Origin: Gemmatimonadaceae bacterium
Lineage (GTDB): Bacteria; Gemmatimonadota; Gemmatimonadetes; Gemmatimonadales; Gemmatimonadaceae
Assembly: GCA_051859245.1 (NCBI GenBank)
Contig: JBHYGA010000006.1
Coordinates: 96,001-160,000, forward strand
Length of the DNA: 64,000 nt
Reading direction: 5' to 3'
A model generated the notes under the pieces. The model was not told the DNA's origin, did not search any database, and saw nothing but the letters and a program-made list of their open reading frames with translations. The position numbers were made by a program, and so were the translations under genes. Below are positions 29,725 to 38,024 of this stretch, piece after piece. How positions within the stretch are numbered: position 1 is the stretch's first letter; each line of letters begins with the position of its first letter.

Positions 29725-29751
29725 TCAAGTTCCTCGCCGATGTGTCGATAG
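29725..29751 (+). promoter_or_regulatory. Sigma28-like promoter of fliC
   Basis: TCAAGTTC-N11-GTCGATAG versus TAAAGTTT-N11-GCCGATAA; an overlapping alternative CAAA-N15-GCCGATGT lies at 29717-29743. Confidence 0.72.
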
Positions 29752-29787
29752 AACACTTTGACCGCGATCCACTTCCCGGATCCGGAC

Positions 29788-29821
29788 GAGGCACGGATGC
29801 CTCAATCGACCATCACGGAGG
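29788..29821 (+). promoter_or_regulatory. Putative CsrA/RsmA binding sites in the fliC 5' UTR
   Basis: Hairpin GAGGCA-CGGA-TGCCTC (29788-29803) contains CACGGATG; a second CACGGAGG (29814-29821) overlaps the Shine-Dalgarno. Both match CANGGANG. Confidence 0.7.
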
Positions 29822-29830
29822 ATAGTCACC

Positions 29831-30586
29831 ATGAAGATCAATACGAATGTCGGCGCGCTCGGCGCCTCCCGCAACCTGTTCATGAATACGCTGGCCGCCG
29901 AAAGCAGCATGCGTAAGCTGAGCTCGGGCCTTCGCATCAGCCGCGCGGCAGACGACGCCGCCGGTCTCTCGATCGCGAACCGGTTGCGTACGCAGAGCCG
30001 CTCGCTCGTGCAGGCGTCGAACAACGCCCAGCAGGGCAACGCGATGCTTCAGATCGCGGAAGGTGCAGCGCAGGTTGTGCAGAACATCATCGAGCGTCAG
30101 AAGGAACTGCTGGTGCAGGCCGCGTCGACGGGTAACAACGGTTCCGTGTCGGCCACGCTGACCACCGAAGTCTCGACGCTTGGCGCCGAAGCTTCACGTA
30201 TCATCTCGTCGACCAACTTCCAGGGCACGAACGTGTTCGCGTCGTTGGCCTTCCAGGTGACGGACGCGGCCGGTGGTACGATCTCGGTTGGTGCGGCGCT
30301 CTCGTACACGTCGCCGACAGACCTCGGCGGTGCAGACACGCAGCTCGCGGCGGTGAACGCCACGCTGGCCGCGATCGGTGCCGGTCAGAACACGCTTGAC
30401 TACACGGTGACGAACCTCAAGAACGCCGTCGTGAATCTCCGCGCTGCGGAATCCTCAATCCGTGACGTCGACATGGCCGACGAAATGGCGAACTACACGA
30501 AGAACAGCGTGCTCCAGCAGGCCGCGACGGCCATGCTCGGACAGGCGAACCAGTCGAGCCAGGGCATTCTGTCGATCCTGCGCTAA
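29831..30586 (+). CDS. fliC: Flagellin (minimal, 251 aa)
   Basis: MKINTN...KLSSGLRISRAADDAAGLSIA; C-terminal NLRAAESSIRDVDMADEM...AMLGQANQ...ILSILR. Confidence 0.97.
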   Translation: MKINTNVGALGASRNLFMNTLAAESSMRKLSSGLRISRAADDAAGLSIANRLRTQSRSLVQASNNAQQGNAMLQIAEGAAQVVQNIIERQKELLVQAASTGNNGSVSATLTTEVSTLGAEASRIISSTNFQGTNVFASLAFQVTDAAGGTISVGAALSYTSPTDLGGADTQLAAVNATLAAIGAGQNTLDYTVTNLKNAVVNLRAAESSIRDVDMADEMANYTKNSVLQQAATAMLGQANQSSQGILSILR

Positions 30587-30611
30587 GCCGCGTAGTTCGA
30601 CCGTAACGCTC

Positions 30612-30643
30612 ACCCCGGGGCCAGCATCTGCTGGTCCCGGGGT
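30612..30643 (+). terminator. Strong hairpin between fliC and fliD (terminator or mRNA stabiliser)
   Basis: ACCCCGGGGCCAGC-ATCT-GCTGGTCCCGGGGT: 14-bp stem with one G-U pair, no long U tract. Confidence 0.6.
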
Positions 30644-30668
30644 TAAGGCCTAAAGGGAGGAAGTACCG

Positions 30669-32732
30669 ATGACTGCACCGATTGCGAATTTCAGCGGTCT
30701 GCAAAGCGGCATTCAGTGGAACGACGTGGTCGACTCCATTGTGAAGGCCGACGAAGTACGAATGGTCACGCCGCTTACGCAGCAGATTGAAAAGCGAACG
30801 GCTGAACGCGCTGCCTGGACCGAGTTTCAGAAGCTGGTTCTCAATCTGAATGAGAGCTCGCGTGCGCTGCGCGTATCCGGATTTGGCGGATTTCTCGCCA
30901 CCGCGCCAAAGAGCCCCACGTCTGGACAGACGTTGTTCGGTGCCACCGCGTCCAACCTCGCCGAGCCCGGTCGCTATCGGGTAGAAGTCGTACAACTCGC
31001 GGAAACCGCCAAGCTTGGTGGCAAAACCGTAGCCGATCGTACCGCTGCACTCAACCTGACCGGCGATTTTGCGATCAACGGCACATCGATTTCCATTGAC
31101 GCGGCTGATTCGTTGCAAGCGATTCGCGACAAGGTCAACGCCGCAAACACGGGCGCGTCTGCGACCGGTGTGAGCGCCAGCATTCTGAACGACGGCACAA
31201 CAGGCGGACGCCTGGTGCTGACTCGTTCCACCGCCGGATCTGAGGGCATTACGCTCACGGACGGCACGGGTGGAATCGCGCGTGAACTCGGATTTCTCGA
31301 TTCTCGTACCAAGCCGATTTCATCAACAACAGAATCGATCGCCGCGGCACTCGGCATTGCGGTGTATCCACCGCCAGCGTCAATCCGTGTTGGCGACAAA
31401 CTGATCACCGTTGATCTGAGCACCGATTCGATTTCATCAATCGTTGCAAAGATTCAGGCGGCGGGCGGACAGGCGTCGACCGAAACCATGCAGTTCGGCG
31501 ACGAGACACGCTATCGCCTCGTCGCCGACGGCAACGTGCAAGCGGTAGACGGCGACGCCGACAGTGCGGCGGTGATCAGCGCCCTCGGCTTTGCCGCTGG
31601 ATCAACGAGTGCGGTGCAACAAGTCAGCGCCAGCGGCGTGCTGAGTGATGCGGGCGGCACACCCGCCACGGCCGCTACGGAGCTGGCCGGCCTGCGTCTG
31701 AACGGTGTGGATGCAGGGCTCGCCGCCGGCGACGCGATCAACATTCGTGGTACGCGCGGTGATGGCAGTGTGGTGAACATTGGCATTGCGATTGATCCCG
31801 GTGAAACGGTGCAGGACCTGCTCGACAAGATCAACGATGCCACGAGCGGATTCGGTGCCGGTACGCGCACGGCAACGGCGTCGATTGGTGCCGATGGGAA
31901 GATTCGCCTGGCCGACAACACCGGTGGATCCTCGCGTCTTTCGTTCACGATGGACATTGCGCGCGCCGATGGCAGCGCGGGTTCTCTTGGTACGTCGACC
32001 GTTGAAACGGCCGGACGCGCGCGTGAACTGCAGGCGGGACGCGATGCGATCATTGTGGTGGACGGTACCGAGTACGTGCGAAACACGAACTCGATTACGG
32101 ACGCGATTCCCAATGTTACGCTTTCGCTGTCAGCTGCCGAAGCTGGTACTACAGTGGATCTCGACATCTCGCGCAATGTTGATGGCGCGTCCGATGCTGC
32201 GAAGAAGCTGGTGGAGTCGTACAACGCGGTGCGCACGTTTTTTGACGCGCAGCGCGAACTGGATGCACCGCTCTACAGCAACTCGCTGTTGCGTGGTGTG
32301 GTGGAAAGCTTTACGGCATCGCTGCGCGTAGACGTGACCGAGAATGCGACGTATGCGCGGCCGACGCTGGTTGGCATGACGCTCGATCGCAACGGTCGCC
32401 TCACGTACGACGCCGCAAAGTTCAAGGAAGCGCTGAACGCAGCGCCAAAAGAAATCGAGTCGCTGTTCGGCTTTACCGGTGTGGGTGGTGCGTTTGTCAC
32501 CGCCACCGACAAGGCCACCAGCTTTAGTGAAGGCACCATCAGCACCCAGCTGCGCAGTCTGGCGGAAACCTCGACGCGTCTCACCACGCGCGAAGCGGAA
32601 GCCAAACGTCGACTCGAGCTGCGACGCACGGCGCTGGTGGCGCAGTTCACACAGATGGAAAGCGCGCTTGCCAAACTGAACTCGCAGGGAACAGCACTGC
32701 GTGGTTTGATGGGCGCGTCGCAGTCACGCTGA
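30669..32732 (+). CDS. fliD: Flagellar filament cap protein
   Basis: FSGLQSGIQWNDVVDSIV, GRYRVEVVQLA, TNSITDAIPNVTL, LVESYN, LVAQFTQMESALAKLNSQ. Confidence 0.93.
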   Translation: MTAPIANFSGLQSGIQWNDVVDSIVKADEVRMVTPLTQQIEKRTAERAAWTEFQKLVLNLNESSRALRVSGFGGFLATAPKSPTSGQTLFGATASNLAEPGRYRVEVVQLAETAKLGGKTVADRTAALNLTGDFAINGTSISIDAADSLQAIRDKVNAANTGASATGVSASILNDGTTGGRLVLTRSTAGSEGITLTDGTGGIARELGFLDSRTKPISSTTESIAAALGIAVYPPPASIRVGDKLITVDLSTDSISSIVAKIQAAGGQASTETMQFGDETRYRLVADGNVQAVDGDADSAAVISALGFAAGSTSAVQQVSASGVLSDAGGTPATAATELAGLRLNGVDAGLAAGDAINIRGTRGDGSVVNIGIAIDPGETVQDLLDKINDATSGFGAGTRTATASIGADGKIRLADNTGGSSRLSFTMDIARADGSAGSLGTSTVETAGRARELQAGRDAIIVVDGTEYVRNTNSITDAIPNVTLSLSAAEAGTTVDLDISRNVDGASDAAKKLVESYNAVRTFFDAQRELDAPLYSNSLLRGVVESFTASLRVDVTENATYARPTLVGMTLDRNGRLTYDAAKFKEALNAAPKEIESLFGFTGVGGAFVTATDKATSFSEGTISTQLRSLAETSTRLTTREAEAKRRLELRRTALVAQFTQMESALAKLNSQGTALRGLMGASQSR

Positions 32733-32791
32733 GATCGCAAGGCCCGCTGATTTTTCAGATCGTCTCTCACTCAGACCCACCTCAGGAAGAC

Positions 32792-33187
32792 ATGTCGTAC
32801 GCGAGTCAGGCTGCCAACTATCGTGAACTGGAAATTCTGAGCGCTTCGCCGGAGCGTCTGGTCGTGATCATGTTCGACGCGCTGGTGGTGCAGTTGGAGC
32901 GCGCGCGCATTGGCACGGAGCGCAATGATCTGGAGATGCAGGTGGTCGGACTCACCAAGGCTCGCGCCATCATTGGTGAACTGCTGGCCACGCTCGATTT
33001 TGAGAAGGGTGCGGATGTCGCAACACAGCTGGCGGATCTCTATCAGTACATGCTGGCTGAGCTGGTCGACGTAGGACAGCGCAAGGATGTCGTGATGTTG
33101 CGCCGATTGGCGGGCATCGCGTCAACACTGCGCGACGGCTTCGTGGGGGCGTGCGAACAGTTGCAGGCCGTCAAAATGTCAGCGTGA
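32792..33187 (+). CDS. fliS: Flagellin export chaperone
   Basis: NYRELEILSASPERLVVIMFD, KARAIIGEL, LDFEKG, LADLYQYM. Confidence 0.93.
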   Translation: MSYASQAANYRELEILSASPERLVVIMFDALVVQLERARIGTERNDLEMQVVGLTKARAIIGELLATLDFEKGADVATQLADLYQYMLAELVDVGQRKDVVMLRRLAGIASTLRDGFVGACEQLQAVKMSA

Positions 33188-33216
33188 GTACGATGGATAC
33201 CAGGAGGGTGATCGCT

Positions 33217-33585
33217 ATGGCAGAATCGTTCGAAGCACTCGGGAACGACGTGTTGACCGCATTGTCCAGAGATGCAGAGACGGATGTAGATGCGTCGCGC
33301 GAGGCCGCGCACGTGGAGTTGTTGCTCGCCGAACGCGATGCCCTGCTTGCCCAGTTGACGGCGGCACTGGCCGAATCAGGCGCTGCGGTGCCGGCCGACG
33401 CATTCCAGCCGGTCGCGGCCGCGTTGTCCAATGCATCCACCAGCACGGCCACCTTGATCGCCAAGGTCGCGGATCGGACCGACGCACTGCGGACCGCGCT
33501 CCGCGAGATGAGTCGGAGCGCACAGGTCGTGGACGCGTATCAGAGCTCGAGCGCGCACGTGGGGCGGATCAATGCGCGACGCTGA
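33217..33585 (+). CDS. FliT/FlgN-like helical flagellar chaperone (putative)
   Basis: Directly after fliS; AGGAGG RBS; helical with LLAERDALLAQL and C-terminal DAY. Confidence 0.55.
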   Translation: MAESFEALGNDVLTALSRDAETDVDASREAAHVELLLAERDALLAQLTAALAESGAAVPADAFQPVAAALSNASTSTATLIAKVADRTDALRTALREMSRSAQVVDAYQSSSAHVGRINARR

Positions 33586-33880
33586 TCACACGCGCGCGTT
33601 GGCCGCCGCCGCCATCACGTCGATCGCGCCGCGTCCGGAGGGCGAGCCCCATCTCACGTTTGAGACGCTGCTCACCGACACGCTGCACGAGATGGCGGCT
33701 GATGAAGCGGGCGTTGAGGCCGAGCCAGACGCCGTCACCCTGCTAAGCGACGAGGCGGTGGCCACGATGCGCGCCGAAGGCACCGCGCCGCTGGCCCGTC
33801 CGTTCCATCACTCGTATCTCACGCCAATCGGCACGCCCACGTTCCCGTCTCGCCCCTCACGCCTCGACGTTCGATCCTGA
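33572..33880 (+). CDS. Hypothetical protein in the fliD operon
   Basis: Fills the gap before the flgM promoter, overlaps the upstream stop, acidic, ends SRLDVRS. Confidence 0.55.
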   Translation: MRDADHTRALAAAAITSIAPRPEGEPHLTFETLLTDTLHEMAADEAGVEAEPDAVTLLSDEAVATMRAEGTAPLARPFHHSYLTPIGTPTFPSRPSRLDVRS

Positions 33881-33919
33881 CGAACGAGTCGCGCTGCAAG
33901 CAGCGGTCACAATGACCGC

Positions 33920-33947
33920 TAAAGTTACAGCGCGATTGTGCCGATAG
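33920..33947 (+). promoter_or_regulatory. Sigma28-like promoter of flgM-cheY-cheZ
   Basis: TAAAGTTA-N12-GCCGATAG, near consensus. Confidence 0.78.
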
Positions 33948-33971
33948 TCAGAGAACGGAGGAAACCCCACT

Positions 33972-34271
33972 ATGAAAATCTTCGGAAGTTACGACCAGAT
34001 TCGTCCCGACCGCCCGGCCAGTCCGGTGGCGCCGACGAACAATCAGGGCCAGGCCGCAGCGACCCCCGTTGCTCCCGTGCCCAAAACCGATTCGGTGCAG
34101 TTGTCCGAATCGGGCAAGTCGATGGCCCGCAAGCTCGATGTCGAGCACCGCGAAACGCTTGACCCCGAGCGTACCGCTGAGCTTCGCCAGAAAGTGCTTG
34201 AAGGCGCGTACAACACTCTTGACGTGGTAGATCAGGTTGCCCGGCGCATTCTGCAGCGCGGCGATCTCTGA
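33972..34271 (+). CDS. flgM: Anti-sigma28 factor
   Basis: MKI, DSVQLS, ERTAELRQKVLEGAY, VARRIL; GGAGG RBS. Confidence 0.85.
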   Translation: MKIFGSYDQIRPDRPASPVAPTNNQGQAAATPVAPVPKTDSVQLSESGKSMARKLDVEHRETLDPERTAELRQKVLEGAYNTLDVVDQVARRILQRGDL

Positions 34272-34318
34272 TTCACTGGCGTTATCACTGAACGATCCCT
34301 TTCCGGAGACCCCGCGTC

Positions 34319-34690
34319 ATGAAGTTCCTCGTAGTCGATGACTCCGCGACCATGCGGCGAATCGTCGTCAACTCGCTCCAGCGCATCGGCTTTACCGACA
34401 CGGTGGAAGCCGGCGACGGACAGGAAGCCCTGGCGCGCTTTGATTCCTCGGTGCAGTTCGTGATCACCGACTGGAACATGCCGAACATGAGTGGCACCGA
34501 TTTCACGCGCGCGCTGCGCGCCCGTCCCGACGGGGCGAATGTGCCGGTGCTGATGGTGACCGCACGTAGCGTGAAAGAAGACATTCTCACGGCCATGGAA
34601 GCCGGTGTAAACAACTACATCGTCAAGCCGTTCACGCCGCAGGTGCTCAAGGAGAAGATCGACGCACTTCTCCCGGCTGCTGCGGCCTGA
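34319..34690 (+). CDS. cheY: Chemotaxis response regulator
   Basis: FLVVDDSATMRRIV, ITDWNMPNM, PVLMVTA, YIVKPFT. Confidence 0.92.
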   Translation: MKFLVVDDSATMRRIVVNSLQRIGFTDTVEAGDGQEALARFDSSVQFVITDWNMPNMSGTDFTRALRARPDGANVPVLMVTARSVKEDILTAMEAGVNNYIVKPFTPQVLKEKIDALLPAAAA

Positions 34691-34707
34691 GGCGAGGCCA
34701 CTGAGTC

Positions 34708-35406
34708 ATGAACACGCAACGAACTGAGGAAGTGCTGTACGAGACGGAGGCGGCGCTGCGACTGGTCGACCACGGATTGCTCGGCCTTCGTAACGACGCC
34801 CCGGACATTGAACCGGCTCCGCAATTCTCTGTGCAGCAGGGAGGCTTGTCCGAATTGCCCGCAATCCTTGAACGCGCGAATGCGCAGATCCTCGGCGTGC
34901 TGTCGCGTTTGCGTCAGACGCGCGCGGCCATTGAATCGACGGCCCTCGAGAAGCTTGCGTCAACGCACGAAAAGATCAAAGAAGTAACGACGGCCACGGA
35001 AGACGCCGCGATCAACATCATGGACGCGTGTGATCGCGCCACCCAGATGGTCGATGAGCTCGATACGATCGATGCCGAACCCACGCCGGATCGTGAACGC
35101 GCGACGGGCGTACGATCAAACCTTCGTGATGAACTGTTCCTCATGATGGGTGCGCTGCAGTTCCAGGACATCACCTCACAGCAGCTGGCGCATGCGTCGG
35201 CGGTGTTGGTGGAAATGGAAGCACGCTTGATTGACATTGCCCGCCTCTTCGATGGCAAGGCGGACTTCTCCGAGCAGGCGTTGCGTGTGGAACAGTCGGC
35301 TCCGGACCTGCAGACGTACGATCCGAATGCGACGACACGCGATTCTGAATCGCGTCAGGCGCTCGCGGACGACATCTTCTCCACGGTTCGCGCACCAGCC
35401 GCATAG
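34708..35406 (+). CDS. cheZ: CheZ-like phosphatase
   Basis: VTTATEDAAINIMDA, LQFQDITSQQL (DxxxQ catalytic motif), C-terminal QALADDIF; directly after cheY. Confidence 0.7.
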   Translation: MNTQRTEEVLYETEAALRLVDHGLLGLRNDAPDIEPAPQFSVQQGGLSELPAILERANAQILGVLSRLRQTRAAIESTALEKLASTHEKIKEVTTATEDAAINIMDACDRATQMVDELDTIDAEPTPDRERATGVRSNLRDELFLMMGALQFQDITSQQLAHASAVLVEMEARLIDIARLFDGKADFSEQALRVEQSAPDLQTYDPNATTRDSESRQALADDIFSTVRAPAA

Positions 35407-35442
35407 GCGTTTGCACAAAACTGACGGCGATACGCCGTCGCA

Positions 35443-35487
35443 CACACGGGGCGAACTCACAGTATGAGTTCGCCCCGTGTGCGTTTT
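35443..35487 (+). terminator. Rho-independent terminator after the cheZ-like gene
   Basis: 17-bp perfect stem CACACGGGGCGAACTCA-CAGTA-TGAGTTCGCCCCGTGTG followed by CGTTTT; a smaller hairpin lies at 35423-35439. Confidence 0.75.
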
Positions 35488-35499
35488 CTGCACAAGCAC

Positions 35500-35526
35500 T
35501 CAACTAACGAACACGTCGTCCGATAC
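35500..35526 (+). promoter_or_regulatory. Sigma28-like promoter of the cheA operon
   Basis: TCAA-N15-TCCGATAC directly downstream of the terminator. Confidence 0.55.
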
Positions 35527-35593
35527 TCCAATGCGTTAGTGCGCGCTTCTCTGGCGTGTCACTCTGCACGTTCCTCCACGCAACGTACGCCAC

Positions 35594-37909
35594 GTGTCAC
35601 ACTTAACTCTCGACGACGCTGCCACGCTTCTGCTTCAGATTGAAGCGGGAGACATCGATGATCTGGGGCGCCTGCGCGACTCCCTGATGACGCTCGTATT
35701 TGAGAACCACGTGCCGATCAGCGCCCAGCCGCACGTCGCACGTGCCACGCGCCTGCTCGGCACGCTCGTCGATGGTTCAGCGACCGAGCCCGAAGCCGTG
35801 TTCTCCGATATCAGTCGCACGCTCGAAGCCGCAGTAGCCGCGGCCGACGCCGCCGCGATGGCCGCACCGGCTGCGCGCGCGAAGAGCAAAGCGTCGACCA
35901 AACGCTCGTCGCGCAACACGCCCACGCGATCTGTCGCAATCGAAGACATTCCGCTAGATGCGGCACCAGTTGCGGTGACCCCAGCCGCGCCGGTTGCGGT
36001 GCCAGCCGCGCCAATTGCCGCGCCAATCGTCGCGTCAATTCCGGCAACAACGGTAACCGCGATCACGTACGATCCGGCCATTGACGAGCTGCCCAGCGAT
36101 ACCGATCTCGACCTGCTCGGTGACTTCATCACGGAAAGTGTGGAGTGCCTGGTTGGCGCCGAAGCGGCGCTGCTCGCCCTTGAAGCGGACCCGTCGCACG
36201 AAGAAGCGATCAACACGGTGTTCCGCGCGTTTCACACGGTCAAAGGCACGAGCGCGTTTCTCGGGTTGCAGCGCATTGCCGCGTTTGCGCACGAAGCAGA
36301 ATCGCTCTTGAGCCGTGTGCGCGACAAGCAGATCAACTACACGCGTGCGTGCGCTGAGCTTTCGCTGGCGTCGTCGGACATGCTCAAGGCGTTGCTTGAC
36401 GTGGTCAAGGAAGCGGCCGCCGACACCGGCCGTCTGAACATCCCGAACGGATACGCCGAGCTGCTGCACGCGCTGGCCACGTACGATCCGGCGCACGAAC
36501 CGAAGGATATTGCGCGCGTGCTGCACGCGCCGCGCGCAGAAGAGAACACGTCCGCTTCAACCCCCGTGGCCATCACTCCGGCTTCGGCACAAACGGCCGC
36601 ACCGACTGCCGCACCGACTGCCGCACCGACTGCCGCCAACAATGGCGGCGCCTCGGAACAGGCGGCGCGCAAACGCGGCGATGCCACCGGCGAAGCCACA
36701 ATTCGCGTGCGCACAGATCGCCTCGACCGCTTGATCGACATGGTGGGTGAGCTCGTGATCGCGCAGACGATGATCTCGGGCGACGAAGAGCTGGATCGCA
36801 CGCGGCAGCACGAACTGGTTCGCAAGGTCACGCATGCAGGCAAGATTGTACGTGAGTTGCAGGATCTGTCCATGTCAATGCGCATGATCGAACTGCGTCC
36901 AACCTTCCAGAAGCTGGCGCGTGTTGTGCGCGACACGGCCGTGAAGGCCGGAAAAGAAGTCGCCTTTACCGTGACGGGCGACGACGTTGAAATCGATCGT
37001 CAGCTCGCCGACTTGCTGGGTGATCCGCTTGTGCACATGGTGCGAAACGCCGTGGATCATGGCGTGGAAGGGCCGCAGGAACGCATTGCCGCAGGAAAGG
37101 CACGTACGGGCTCGGTGAAACTGCAGGCGTATCATGCGTCGGGCAATGTCGTTGTCGAACTCGTGGATGACGGTCGCGGACTGCATCGCGAAAAGATTGT
37201 GGCCAAGGCCATCGAGAAAGGGTTGATTGAAACCGACAAGGGCATGAGTGACAGCGAGGTGTTCAATCTCATTTTCGCGCCCGGTTTCTCGACCGCCGAA
37301 AAAGTCACCGACATTTCAGGCCGCGGTGTGGGCATGGATGTGGTGCGACGCAATCTCGAGCTCATCCGCGGTCGCATTGATATCAGTTCTGCGCCAGGTA
37401 AAGGCACCACGTTCGCGATTCGGTTGCCGCTCACGCTCGCCGTAACCGACGGCATGCTGATCCGTGTTGGCGAAGAACGGTTTGTTGTGCCAACCACGAA
37501 CATTCACATGAGCTTCCGTCCGGAACCGTCCATGCTGTCCACGATTGTTGGACGTGGTGAGGTGGTGTTGCTGCGCGGTGAGCTCATGCCGATTGCGCGC
37601 TTGCATGATCTGTTCGACGTGCCGAACGCTGTGCAGAGTCCGCTTGAAGGCCTGCTGATGATCGTTGGCGACGCGGAGAAGCGTACTGCGCTGCTCGTTG
37701 ACGAGTTGCTCGGACAACAGCAGGTCGTTGCCAAAACACTCGGTGAGCAGCTCGGCAAGGTGCCGGGCGTCAGCGGTGGCGCGATCCTCGGTGATGGGCG
37801 TGTCGGACTGATTCTCGACATCTCGGAGACCGTCGCACTCGCGCAGGGTCACGGCACGTCACCTGGTCGACACGCTATGGATCGCGCCCGAACAGCAGTG
37901 GCCGCGTGA
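35594..37909 (+). CDS. cheA: Chemotaxis histidine kinase
   Basis: Hpt FRAFHTVKGTS; IRVRTDRLDRLIDMVGELVI; HMVRNAVDHG; DDGRG; GFST; SGRGVGMDVV; C-terminal CheW domain. Confidence 0.96.
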   Translation: MSHLTLDDAATLLLQIEAGDIDDLGRLRDSLMTLVFENHVPISAQPHVARATRLLGTLVDGSATEPEAVFSDISRTLEAAVAAADAAAMAAPAARAKSKASTKRSSRNTPTRSVAIEDIPLDAAPVAVTPAAPVAVPAAPIAAPIVASIPATTVTAITYDPAIDELPSDTDLDLLGDFITESVECLVGAEAALLALEADPSHEEAINTVFRAFHTVKGTSAFLGLQRIAAFAHEAESLLSRVRDKQINYTRACAELSLASSDMLKALLDVVKEAAADTGRLNIPNGYAELLHALATYDPAHEPKDIARVLHAPRAEENTSASTPVAITPASAQTAAPTAAPTAAPTAANNGGASEQAARKRGDATGEATIRVRTDRLDRLIDMVGELVIAQTMISGDEELDRTRQHELVRKVTHAGKIVRELQDLSMSMRMIELRPTFQKLARVVRDTAVKAGKEVAFTVTGDDVEIDRQLADLLGDPLVHMVRNAVDHGVEGPQERIAAGKARTGSVKLQAYHASGNVVVELVDDGRGLHREKIVAKAIEKGLIETDKGMSDSEVFNLIFAPGFSTAEKVTDISGRGVGMDVVRRNLELIRGRIDISSAPGKGTTFAIRLPLTLAVTDGMLIRVGEERFVVPTTNIHMSFRPEPSMLSTIVGRGEVVLLRGELMPIARLHDLFDVPNAVQSPLEGLLMIVGDAEKRTALLVDELLGQQQVVAKTLGEQLGKVPGVSGGAILGDGRVGLILDISETVALAQGHGTSPGRHAMDRARTAVAA
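36596..36636 (+). repeat. 12-bp tandem repeat (GCCGCACCGACT)x3 encoding AAPT in the CheA linker
   Basis: Seen directly in the sequence. Confidence 0.85.
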
Positions 37910-38024
37910 GTCACGCCAGGGGCACGCCGCGGCTGCCCCACTCAACTCCAGCAGTGAACGCGCCGAGATTCGAGACGCAGCGGCCGCGATCATTCTCATT
38001 ACCACGCACAGCAGAGAGCAACAC

